From Eledone cirrhosa (lineage: Eukaryota): DNA of 64,000 nt. The stretch spans positions 37,076,001 through 37,140,000 of the forward strand of contig OZ024746.1 in NCBI GenBank assembly GCA_964016885.1, read 5' to 3'. Under the pieces are notes generated by a model, which saw only the letters and a program-made list of their open reading frames with translations, was not told the DNA's origin and ran no database searches. The translations under genes were made by a program, and so were the position numbers. The number at the start of each line of letters is the position of its first letter. Position 1 is the first letter of the stretch. This document shows positions 1-11,885 of the stretch, in pieces.

Positions 1-14
1 AGAGAGAGAGAGAA

Positions 15-51
<37 letters not shown>

Positions 52-78
52 TAAAGAGAGAGAGAGAGAGAGAGAGAG

Positions 79-137
<59 letters not shown>
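1..137. repeat. (GA)n/(TA)n compound microsatellite; representative of dozens of (TA)n, (CA)n and (GA)n tracts across the window
   Basis: Directly visible dinucleotide runs. Confidence 0.98.
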
Positions 138-142
<5 letters not shown>

Positions 143-735
143 TGTATATATATATACATACACACACACCCTCTCTCTCACACTCAACACATATATTTAT
201 ATATATTATCTGTATGTGTGTGGGATGTGTGCAAAATATACGTGTAAGTATATAGTCTTGTCTTCAAGTTGCTGACGGCTATTTACTGAAATATAATTCC
301 AAATTTCGATGTGATTTTCATAACGTTTGTCATATCAACGTGACTGACGTTTATATATTTACTGCTGGTTTTATACAAACACGCATGAAAAATAGAAAAA
401 AAAAAATCCCTGCACAAATACATACACACATAATCACCAATTTAAACATATTCATGCACGCTCTAAAATAAACCTTGTCACGCGGATCTTAATAGAGACT
501 AGATAGATTCTTATGAACAAGATAGTCACATGATAGTGGTATATTTAAAAAACAACAACTGTATACACAACATATATATATATATATATATATAAACTTT
601 ATATATATATATATATATAAACTTTAATCTGTTATTTTAATAAATATTTGCTCTACGGTTCTTATATATTTGATATATATTTATACTTATCGAGCTCTCT
701 TTGAATTTTAGTCTTCAACTTTATTATTATTACTA

Positions 736-805
<70 letters not shown>

Positions 806-1399
806 CGTATTTTATATATATGTATATAATAGATGATACGAACAATGTTGAATGATATTCTATAAAAAAGTAGAATATTCAGTAATATCATGAAACAAAC
901 ACATAAATTTAAATATACATCCATTAAAAAAAAAAATTCTGGTGGAAATAGTTTACATCTAGAAAGTGAAGACTAGTATAACATGTTAAATAAATTACAT
1001 TAATGCAAACATATTACGCAGTAATGTTTGAATAGAAACCTGAAACTAGACGCATATGTAAAATTAAAACTCTGGCAAAGTTAACAGCAGAATATGATGG
1101 GAAATATATGGTTTTATTTATTTATCTAGAGAGACACTGTTCCATATGTCGTTGTGTTTTCTTATCCGGCACATAAAATAAAACAGTTTACGGGACTCAC
1201 ACCATGACACACACAGTTAATATGACACTATCCAGATAAAAAAAGAAAGCCCAATTGCTTAGATCGGCAAATGAGTAGGGTTGTGCAAGCTTCATTTATA
1301 TTGACGACTCATGACAACATGAAATATTTAACAATGCGTGCCCAGACATACATACTTACCGTGATATACATATTTTGCCGTCTACAGGATTGCTTTCCC

Positions 1400-2493
1400 T
1401 ATACGTATGCTAAATTAAAACCATTCAATGTAGGGAACAGACTTCGCCAAGGCTTCGCACTGTCACCTTTCCTGTTCAATATTCTCTCGAACACGATTCA
1501 CATGCGCAGCTGGCTGAGAAGAAGTGGCTGTGTAATCAATCAGTTGGAGATGGCCGACGATACGATGTACCTTAATACGACAGTAGCTGATCTCCATATT
1601 GCATATTACAAGTTTGATGCCGAGAGCTGCCTGCCTGGCTGGAATGTAAATCATGTTCCGAAAACTAGAATACACGTACACTCAACGAAGACTATGCAGT
1701 GCACTTTGCATATGGATGGTGCTCCACAGACGCAGATGGAAGAGTTCAAATATCTGCGGTTAGTGTTCACAGGTAAAAGAAGATAGGAAGCTTAATTAAG
1801 TGGAAGAATTGCGGGAGCTGGTGCATTAATGCGCTAGCTTCAACATTCCTTAATTAGAAGAAGGGGGTTAGGTCTAGAAGCCGAACTCTCCATCTTCAAT
1901 TTGGGAATTGTATCAAGTCTTATGTGTAGTCATGAATATTTTTGTAATGACAGAAAGTAGGCGATTGCGAATACAAGCGGCCGAGAAAGGGGTTCCTCCT
2001 TATGGCATTTGGATCAATCTTACTAGATAGAGTGCGTAACTCAGGGATCAGAGAGTCACTCCATGTTGAACTCTACTTGTCCGAATTGAGAGATCATAGT
2101 TGCGATATTATGGGCTTGTCGTTAGAATGTCTCAGGAAAGAATCGCTAGAGAGATTGCACGGGTTAAACCAACCCGAAGGAGACACAGGAGTACACCACG
2201 AGAAAGATGGTTGGGTAACATACATGAGCTTGACTGTTCAGACTCGGGAATAGAGCCGAATTAATTGGAAATGGTTTCTTCTCACAGGAGGAGCTGGACG
2301 GAGAGTTTGAGGACTTTTCCTCAAGTCCCTCTTAGGAATAAGAGGACAAAGATGAAGAAGAAGAAGAAGAAGAAGAAGAAGAAGAAGAAGAAGAAGAAGA
2401 AGAAGAAGAAGAAGAAGAAGAAGAAGAAGAAGAAGAAGAAGAAGAAGAAGAAGAAGAAGAAGAAGAAGAAGAAGAAGAAGAAGAAGAAGAAGA
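1400..2493 (+). mobile_element. 5'-truncated, decayed RTE-like LINE (RT C-terminal half) ending in a (GAA)n tail
   Basis: ORF 1271-1786 contains LRQGFALSPFLFNI, a MADD (YADD-like) motif and EEFKYL. Broken frames continue to ~2350, then (GAA)n runs 2353-2493. The 5' boundary is approximate. Confidence 0.8.
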
Positions 2494-3124
2494 TATGATG
2501 ATGATTCTGTAGAATAACGACACTTTTTATAATCATCTACGCTGGGACTGCAGCATTTAAGTCTTCAATTCTCACAGCATATTGTAGGTTAAACGAGTAT
2601 ATATATATATATATATACAAAATAGTAGTTTGTCTTTCTAAAAATTCAATTCATTTTACAAAGAGAGAAAATCGAAATTCCATTTGAAAAGCAGTAGATT
2701 TATACAATTGATGAATTTCAATTATTGTTTCATCTAACAAATGCATTAGACTTTACTTGGTCATTTAACATCTGAAAACTATATGCTTTAATACTACTCT
2801 ATATTCTTTGAAATAACGTTATCTCTGGTTATGTATGTGTTGAAAGAAGCTATTTATATGTTAATTTATCGACAGAATGTCGTACCTGATCGAGCAAAGA
2901 TATAATGAATATTGTATGACAATCTGATATTTATTCTTGAAATGTAGGAACATGACTAATATGAGAAATCTTGAATAGTATTTTAACGTATGATTTGGGG
3001 GACAACTAGCAGAGAACTGGTCTTCAGGCGGTTTTCTGCTAGCATATGTAGCGTGCGTATTGATATTATACGCAAATATATGTGTATATAGATATGATAT
3101 ATAAATTGAAATAAATTGACAATA

Positions 3125-3620
3125 TCATCTTCTTCGCCCACTTATATCTAAGAGGTTCGTGGAAGCAGAGTCCTCTCCAAATACTCCTTCCAGCGAGTCT
3201 GCAGAAGCAAACATCTTTAACAGATCCAGCTGGATCCCAAAGTGTAACCAGCCAAAATCGGGGATGTTATCCAACTATCTTGATCAGGGTCCACATCTGG
3301 GTCTAATTGCCGGTTGGTTTTGCCTGTAAAATCAGTCGAGCGATTTTTCCTGAGACATTGTAACCACATCTCCATGGTATAAATGCATAACCGTGGTTAA
3401 GGGTTGACAGGAAAACCAGGAAGACATCGATTTTGGCTTTTACATCTACCTCCCTTCTGATTACTGAATGTTGAAACTGGCGCATTACTACATCAAGTTT
3501 TGCAATTCTTGTACATAATTCAGCCTCCTGAATTCCATCACTCGGGCATACAGCCCCGACATACTTGAACTTCTCTACCTGCTCAGTGGAACTCCATTCA
3601 CATGAATATAAATTTTAGTG
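3125..3620 (-). mobile_element. Decayed RTE-like LINE 3' fragment
   Basis: Minus strand near 3560-3600 reads NGVPL then, after a frameshift, QVEKFKYVG. Downstream ARLILQAKPTG resembles the RTE C-terminus, and a short (GAA)-like tail lies at 3125-3136. Confidence 0.7.
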
Positions 3621-3804
3621 ACTTCTGTCCATCCGTCCGTCACACAATGTGTGTGTGTTTTTGTGATTGCATGAATGTGTAAAAGGAAAGAAGGGGATGC
3701 ACACACATATATATGACTCTCGCTTAAAAATGGTGACAAGCAAACACTCACACACACACACACGCACGCGCAGATACACACATACACACACACACACACA
3801 CATA

Positions 3805-3836
<32 letters not shown>

Positions 3837-3944
3837 ACATATATATATGACACACACGCACATATATACATATATGACATACACATATACACACACGCGT
3901 CTATAATTTAAGATCACCGATAAACACAAGCGTATACACACACT

Positions 3945-4560
3945 GTCCTATTACCACTTAAGACCTTTGACCCGGGCAAGCATCCCCTCAATTTTACAAA
4001 TGTCTGGGTTGTAGAGAATATCTGGCGGTCTTACCCTGTGCTCCTGGTAAAGAAGCAGGTGACTTATCTGGGGCGTCACAGTTATTGACCCTTTTGCTAC
4101 TTGCTTGATACTGGATGTGGCAGAAGGGGTGACAGCAACTCCATCACCAGCCGAAAGGAATACAATCCTAAAATAGCGTGTTCTGTCTGCCAACTACATT
4201 TTCTAGCATTTGGGGTTCGAGACGTTAGGGGAAATCGGGCTACTGAATGCGAGGTACCTATCTTCACTGGCGCTCGCCTAACGGAGGTAACTGGTGATGC
4301 TCCTCAGGGCTCTTGGTCGTTCCAGCACCCTAGCCACGCCATCACCCGAGGTAATACTGTGAGCGTGGTGGATTGCCTAAAAAAATTATTAGAGAGGTTT
4401 CCCAGGGCTCCTCACGATATTGTTATCTTTTGATCTGGTAGCAGCTCGTTTATCCACATTTTTCGCCTGCGTTTTGTTTATGTGGTCCTAGATGTGTGTG
4501 CTACCTGCTTCTGTGCTTTTTGTCTTGCTTTTTTCCTTTCATTTTCCTTTGTTGTGTGTG
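3945..4560 (-). mobile_element. Unclassified GC-richer repeat fragment, possibly the 5' end/ORF1 of a retroelement
   Basis: Sharp compositional shift between microsatellite blocks and short complex ORFs, but no diagnostic motif recognised. The strand is tentative. Confidence 0.25.
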
Positions 4561-5026
4561 TGTTCGTTATGTAAGCATGATCTTATCATATCTTCTATCA
4601 CATAAACATACGCCTGATCTCTTATATGTTTCTCTTTCACATTCTCTCTTCCTTTTATTTATCTATCTATCAATATATCTGTCTATATATATAAATATAT
4701 ATATATATATGTATGTGTGTGTGCGTTGGTGTGTGTGTGCGTGTGTGTGGGTGTGTGGGTGTCCTATAGTCTGCACGAGTACTCAAAAGATACAAATCAA
4801 CACACGCAATTACGCCTAACCCTACACACACACAAAAAGCAAAACACATACAGACATACATATGTTTTACATAGTCGATGCTCTCTACATTCCAAAGAAA
4901 GAATAGTGTTTCCATATTAGAATCCGACTCTCTACATATTAATCTATATTGACTGGTGAAAATGTATTAAATAATAAACCCAATAGAACACATATATACA
5001 TGAATCAAATAATACCCTCGCGCATA

Positions 5027-5066
<40 letters not shown>

Positions 5067-5069
<3 letters not shown>

Positions 5070-5940
5070 CAGATAAAGAATCTTGCTAAACAAATTCAGA
5101 AACGAAATATCGTAAGCCTTAGCCAGGCTAACAAGATACTGAAAACCAGCATGTTCTGTTGTCTACGAAAAACCATAACATCTCGACAACTACGCTTCAT
5201 AATTAAATTGAAGTGAAAGCAATGGTGCGTGTGTTTCTTATTGGCAACATGACCCTCCCAAAGTATAACAATATCGGTTTCAACACACGATTTCAGATAA
5301 AGAATCTTGCTAAACAAATTCAGAAACGAAATATCGTAAGCCTTAGCCAGGCTAACAAGATACTGAAAACCACCATGTTCTGTTGTCTACGAAAAACCAT
5401 AACATCTCGACAACTACGCTTCATAATTAAATTGAAGTGAAAGCAATGGTGCGTGTGTTTCTTATTGGCAACATGACCCTCCCAAAGTATAACAATATCG
5501 GTTTCAACACACGATTTCAGATAAAGAATCTTGCTAAACAAATTCAGAAACGAAATATCGTAAGCCTTAGCCAGGCTAACAAGATACTGAAAACCACCAT
5601 GTTCTGTTGTCTACGAAAAACCATAACATCTCGAAAACTACGCTTCATAATTAAATTGAAGTGAAAGCAACTGGTGCGTGTGTTTCTTATTGGCAACATG
5701 ACCCTCCCAAAGTATAACAATATCGGTTTCAACACACGATTTCAGATAAAGAATCTTGCTAAACAAATTCAGAAACGAAATATCGTAAGCCTTAGCCAGG
5801 CTAACAAGATACTGAAAACCACCATGTTCTGTTGTCTACGAAAAACCATAACATCTCGACAACTACGCTTCATAATTAAATTGAAGTGAAAGCAACTGGT
5901 GCGTGTGTTTCTTATTGGCAACATGACCCTCCCAAAGTAT

Positions 5941-5947
<7 letters not shown>
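5067..5947 (+). repeat. Tandem array of ~3.9 near-identical 224-225 bp units embedded in (TA)n
   Basis: TTTCAGATAAAGAATC recurs at 5067, 5291, 5515 and 5740; (TA)n flanks both sides. Confidence 0.97.
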
Positions 5948-6000
<53 letters not shown>

Positions 6001-6147
6001 TATTTTCCGTTGTGTTGTAATATAAATATTACACACAGTAGATTATCAGCTCACGTAGAGTTTGCTCGACGGTTCCAGTTGTAGTTCCAAAAGTAATCCG
6101 GAGAAAAATAGAAAGATTTTAATGGATACAGTTTAGTTGAAAGGAAT

Positions 6148-6268
6148 TTATTGACACGTGTTTCTATAACAGTTACATAACCTGAAAACAGCTGCTATCT
6201 ACAAAGTTTTACTTATGCAGACATTCAATATTTCAATGTTATTATTTACTGTCATTTCATCAGAATAA
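6148..6268 (-). ncRNA. Type I hammerhead ribozyme with extended stem II
   Basis: Minus strand: TTATT-CTGATGA-A-ATGACAGT...ACTGTTAT-A-GAAA-C-ACGT-G-TC-AATAA. Core intact, GUC site, palindromic stem III. Confidence 0.8.
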
Positions 6269-6820
6269 TATTACTGAGGACCTATTTAGTTTTTATAGAG
6301 AATATTAGGAGGGAGGGGTGAAGTTGTTAGAAGAATAGTTGAAGGAGTGGTTTTTCGATAGCAGTGAGAATTATTGGTGGCAGTGAGTAATTAGATTCCC
6401 ATCTGTTGTTTTGACATTTTTTATAGAATATATTATTGGTTATTTTTCTAAATCTATAGAAGGATTAGAGATAGTAAAGATATGCGTGGTTGGTTTTGTG
6501 TTTGCACTTAATTAACATTCAGACTTAATTTTTTCTTTCAAGTGTACGTATCCTTTCACCCACGCATTCACACACAAATATATTTGCACACCTCTACAAA
6601 ATACATATACTCACAATTCACATATTCATACTTACATACATATACACATGCATACACATATATATACACACATGTATTCATGTACATACATACGCGCTCA
6701 TGTGTATACATTTTCATACTCAACTTATCTTTATATACACACGTATAGACACACACATATATACATACATACTCTAGTCCATGTGTACACACATACACAT
6801 ACATACACATCTATATACAC

Positions 6821-6909
<89 letters not shown>

Positions 6910-7176
6910 CACTTTAATACATGAATACACTTACATCTAACTATACACATCAAACATATATATATATTTACTTATTTATATACATTTTCACATATATATA
7001 CATACTTATGGACGTTTTTAGACACATTCATTATCGCATATTTGCACCTATTCTCATCAGCATATCTTTCCATTTTTAGTGTGGTAATTTAAGGTTATTA
7101 ATATATGTTGAGAAGAGATTCTTTTTATATTTTTCTAACTAGATTAAGGTTTATATAGTTGGGGGATGTCCCTCTT

Positions 7177-7290
7177 TTATGAAATATTCGGCTTGTAGTG
7201 GGGAAAAAGGGTTTTAGTTCTGTGACGGCAGAATAATGTTCGTTCAATTCTGTTATTCAGCAGTTTCTTCTTGTGTGTGATTATGTAATA
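7177..7290 (-). pseudogene. C-terminal fragment of a PLE GIY-YIG endonuclease
   Basis: Manual translation YYIITHKKKLLNNRIERTLFCRHRTKTLFPHYKPNIS* is homologous to LLNNRIERSLYCNHRLKSTFSHYK at ~40170-40245. Confidence 0.8.
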
Positions 7291-7552
7291 ATCTTAAGTC
7301 TGAATGTTAATTAAGTGCAAACACAAAACCAACCACGGATATCTTTACTATCTCTAATCCTTCTATAGATTTAGAAAAATAACCAATAATATATTCTATA
7401 AAAAATGTCAAAACAACAGATGGGAATCTAATTACTCACTGCCACCAAGAATTCTCACTGCTATCGAAAAACCACTCCTTCAACTATTCTTCTAACAACT
7501 TCACCCCTCCCGCCTAATATTCTCTATAAAAACTAAATAGGTCCTCAGTAAT

Positions 7553-7675
7553 ATAATTCTGATGAAATGACAGTAAATAATAACATTGAAATATTGAATG
7601 TCTGCATAAGTAAAACTTTGTAGATAGCAGCTGTTTTCAGGTTATGTAACTGTTATAGAAACACGTGTCAATAAA
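7553..7675 (+). ncRNA. Type I hammerhead ribozyme with extended stem II (inverted copy)
   Basis: CTGATGA at 7559-7565, GAAA at 7658-7661, then CACGTG-TC. Stem I has one mismatch relative to the 6148 copy. Confidence 0.75.
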
Positions 7676-7706
7676 TTCCTTTCAATTAAACTGTATCCAT
7701 TCAAAT

Positions 7707-7788
<82 letters not shown>

Positions 7789-7912
7789 AGGAGTTGAGTT
7801 TTATTGTAGTACAATAAAGCAATGCAGATATCGGATAAGAAGCACTCTACTGTTTGTAGGACTGGAGTATACATAATATATAAGAACAAAAGATGGTTAA
7901 AAGAGTTCCATG

Positions 7913-7983
7913 TATTTTATTATGCGCATTTCAAAAACAAATATCATCATGCAATAGTATTTGTGTTTTCATCAGATAAAATA
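7913..7983 (-). ncRNA. Type I minimal hammerhead ribozyme
   Basis: Reverse complement of the 8104-8174 motif; core intact. Confidence 0.82.
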
Positions 7984-8103
7984 GGAAGACATGATATGAA
8001 GGTTAAAAAACACTTGTGGATAGTGCAGTTTTAAATCAACATATATGTTGATTTAAAACTGCACTATCCACAAGTGTTTTTTAACCTTCATATCATGTCT
8101 TCC

Positions 8104-8174
8104 TATTTTATCTGATGAAAACACATATATTATTGCATGATGATATTTGTTTTTGAAATGCGCATAATAAAATA
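8104..8174 (+). ncRNA. Type I minimal hammerhead ribozyme
   Basis: TATTTTAT-CTGATGA-AAACACATAT...ATATTTGTTTTT-GAAA-T-GCGC-A-TA-ATAAAATA: 8 bp stem I, intact core, palindromic TGCGCA stem III, AUA cleavage triplet at 8164-8166. Confidence 0.85.
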
Positions 8175-9439
8175 CATGGAACGCTTTTAACCATCTTTTG
8201 TTCTTATATATTATATATATATATATACATATACATACACACATATATAGAAAGAGTGAGAAAGAACAAGAGATGCATATATATTAATTAAAGAAGCTGC
8301 GTAATTAAGTATATATCTCTAGTCTACTGATACGATCTTCTATTTTTAAAGAAATAATTAATTTCTTCCCAAACGGTACAGCTAAATCCTTGGCGCGTGC
8401 TAACTCGTGTATTGCGTTTCTAATTTTAGTTTCCAAGGCAACGAACAACCCATATAATTTTTGAAAATTCTGCTCAGGTGTGGGAATATGGGAGTGAGAA
8501 TACGAATATGCGCGACTCGCTGTAAAGTAACAGAACTGCCTACTTTCTTTCGGCGTAGCCGAAAGTGTGTGCGTGTGATACATCACACTTAACACAATTT
8601 TATGATCAAGAGAGGAAGCAAAATGACGACAATTGTAAATTCTACGAATATTAGGAGTCTCTAAGTCGGTTCGCTGTCGTGAATGATGATATATTTATTT
8701 CAGAATTGCTTACAATCTCATTATTCCTTTCTATATTCTCATTTGATTTATACAGAGTAGTGACCAGCTTCTTAATTAATTTAATTAGTTCAAAATAATG
8801 CCTACAAATACTGTCACGTTCTGCTTAAATAAACTAAAATTGAAACTTCCTTGATTTTATATGCAAAATTGCTAAAATCCATTGTTCTTGTTGACTCGGT
8901 TTTGTAAGTGCAATCTGTCTCAAATAAAGCAACTTTCCAACCACCTTTGTCACACGGCTGCTATAACACCCATCTGCAAACGGAAATGAACTACGATCTT
9001 TTCATATTTCTCTCAGAGATTTCACGCGAACTTCGAAAATGCGAAACATATTACATTTGAATTCTATGAAAAATTACCACGTCAGGTGGTAAATATTCTA
9101 CCACATTAATGACATGACTATGCAAACATTTACATAAAAGTATAAAGTTCTTGTTCTTAATTGTATCGTGTATTATATATATCCTTTATTGGAACGTGGG
9201 TACCCCACCACACACACACACTACCGAACACACACCACACACACCCACGACAACATTATGCCTACGATAGTGCATAACAAACAAATAAGTTTTAGTACAA
9301 CAATCAGCAAAAGATTCAATTATAATTCTAACATAAGAAAAATAAAACGCACACACACACACACCCACGAAACAACAAAAAAACAGCAATCACAATACCT
9401 CGAAGAAATAAATGCTTTTTCGAGAAAACTAAAAAGATA

Positions 9440-9620
9440 GATCATTTTCATGACAGGCATGTATAACAGGTACTAACATGAGAGTTCCGGTTTTGGGTCT
9501 AGGAGTTTTATGGCTTCCTGCTAGCCTCAATGATAGTTGTATGCCTGCAATAAGTCTAGCTAAGTTCTCTGGCCCCCACCGACCAGAGAGAAGGAAATCC
9601 TCACGTATACTCTCACATGC
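9440..9620 (-). mobile_element. Possible very decayed RTE-like 3' fragment
   Basis: Minus-strand PENLARLIAG and KTPRPKT resemble the RTE C-termini at ~3300 and ~31400. Confidence 0.35.
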
Positions 9621-9948
9621 ACACACATCCAATAGATCAAGATGATGACTACAATTCAATTCCCATTGACATTTCTTCAACTCAGTATAAATATTCCGAC
9701 ACCATTACAACACCGTAATTTTTCCTAACAATCCCCATATGAATTCTGAAACATACACACACACACCAAACACACACTTGCATAGTCACACAACCTCACA
9801 CGCAACCACTCCAGGGCTTCCTGATGATTTCTCCCGAATGAAACAGTTCTAGTTCCTGTAGACGCAATTTCTATATTAAATAATTATACTCTGCTATGTA
9901 TTGAGTACCTTACATACTGTGATTATCGCCGATCGAACCCGGGATAAC

Positions 9949-10013
<65 letters not shown>

Positions 10014-10589
10014 TAACATAAACATATACCCAAAGTAAAATAAAAGAGGTAGTAGAGAAATGGGAAAAAAAAACAAAAACATATGGACTACAGTCTAACG
10101 TACACACAAAGAAACACGACAAGGAGAGATATACACTGTAGGAAGGTGGAATAGAGTAAGATAGCCCGGACGGGAGAACGTCTATTATTTGATAGACGAA
10201 AATAAAAGCACGCTTCGCTAAGATCCCTGAATATGAAACCAAAACAGTGGGGTGGAGTGCATTGGACAAATACAAGAGAAAAACAGTGGACAAATGGACA
10301 CTCCCTTCTCCTCAGTCACCTCTGGAAATCAATATATTTTCAGACCATCAATATTGATAATATGTGTTTTCCTGTGCCCTTTAGGACTGAGGTTAAGAAA
10401 AGTAATTAGCATCGTCAATGATATTTGATTTTCAAATATTTAAACCTTTTTTTTGGTCACATTCAGTATGAGAGAATAGTATTCACCCCACATAAAACCC
10501 CATGCTTAAATTCCATCCTCTCCCCTTTTACTTGCATGAAACAATTGCGCAATTACTATACAAACGTGGACTTCACCCCGTTGCTAGTA

Positions 10590-11100
10590 ACCACATGAGT
10601 AGCATTGGGTTTCAATTTATTACAAGCTACATTCTGGAAACGAAAATTCACTTTAGTCAATGAATGGTTGATATAGAAAAGAAGGAATTGTTTTCGATGG
10701 AAAAGCTTTGAAACGGCAACGTTTTAAGAAGATTACGCATTGGCAGAAAGATTGGATGAATTCAATTAATAATTCCATTCAAAGGAAGGTTATTTGCTAT
10801 AATATAACAATGTCAAGAAAATTGTTCTGAAATTGGAAGCAAGCAGCATTGTTCAGGAAATTATTCAAAATTGCCTTACACCAAATTCAGTAATGGGTGT
10901 GTCATCATAACGATTTTCACAAAAGGGAGCGGAAAAAGGAATCAAATTGACAGCCTAAAATGTATAATGGACATATCAATAGAATATTGTAAGGAGGTCT
11001 ACATGTGTATCATTGTTTAATGTCGTGCAATTTATGTTTCCTTCCTAAAAAAACACCGTTGTATCCAAAAGAAAGAGGTGGGCTGAGCAGCAGGATTTAA
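10590..11100 (+). mobile_element. Possible highly decayed pogo/Tigger-like transposase remnant
   Basis: Short peptides GIVFDGKALKRQ and KFSNG resemble a CENP-B-type HTH region; frames are broken and no TIRs were identified. Confidence 0.2.
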
Positions 11101-11853
11101 TCAATCTGATACATAATATTTACTGACAAAAACGTTTACGGACAACGAACCGTTTACAGTAGAAAAGTGATTAAACAGTGTTTCCTTATTCCCCTCATAC
11201 ATTTAAAGATTTACTATAAATTATATGAAATATAAATTTTTCTTTCTGTCTCTACAATGTAATAGAATGATTTCAATTTGCAAAGTACTTTTTATTATAT
11301 ATATGATTTATGTATAGGATATTAACAGAAATATCTAGCAGGGTAGAAAACATTAGTTAGACTTTCGCCTCTCATTGGTTCACGAGTTTGTGTGTGTACG
11401 TGTGGAGGGTGTTTGTGTGTGAGTGTGTTTGTGTGTGCGTGCGTGCGTGTGTGTGTGCGTGTGGAGTGTGTTTGTGTGTGAGTGTATTTGTGTGTGAGTG
11501 TGCATGTGTGTGTGGTTGTCTGTGCGCGAGTGTGGGTGTTCATTTTCCCCTGTCGTTCCTCTCATGACTCTTTACTTTCTATTTAGCTTTATTTTTAACT
11601 CTATATTCTGATGAAGGACTATTGTCCGATACGTTAACGCTCTCTTGTTGCTATTTCAAGCGTTAAACTAATATTTCTTTCTATGTACTGTGCCGTTTGA
11701 TTTGTTATTTTTGTTACTTCTGTTTCCCTTGTACACACAAACACGCATATACACACACACACACACGCGCACACACACATACACACACACATACACAGGC
11801 ACATACACACATATACACAGATACACCCACACCCACATGGACACACACATGCT

Positions 11854-11885
<32 letters not shown>

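Larger units (their letters stand above)
6010..7710 (-). mobile_element. Penelope-like element (Naiad-type) remnant: minus-strand 3' fragment (~6010-7291) plus inverted terminal-repeat copy (7294-7710)
   Basis: Inverted repeat 6112-6528 / 7294-7710, with an HHR motif in each arm. Endonuclease C-terminal peptide at 7290-7177. (TA)n flanks both sides. Confidence 0.85.
7873..8214. repeat. ~340 bp near-perfect palindrome centred on ATATAT (8041-8046)
   Basis: ...GCAGTTTTAAATCAAC-ATATAT-GTTGATTTAAAACTGC...; arms are ~168 bp with only a few mismatches. Confidence 0.97.

Noticed and set aside
5067-5947. CRISPR array or repeated small protein gene
   Set aside because: Units are wholly repeated with no unique spacers, the context is eukaryotic, and the repeated 71-75 aa ORFs change start with a 1 bp indel.
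8544-8567. Hairpin CTTTCGGC-GTA-GCCGAAAG as a terminator or Helitron end
   Set aside because: Isolated 8 bp stem in eukaryotic DNA, with no adjacent CTAG end or matching element body identified.
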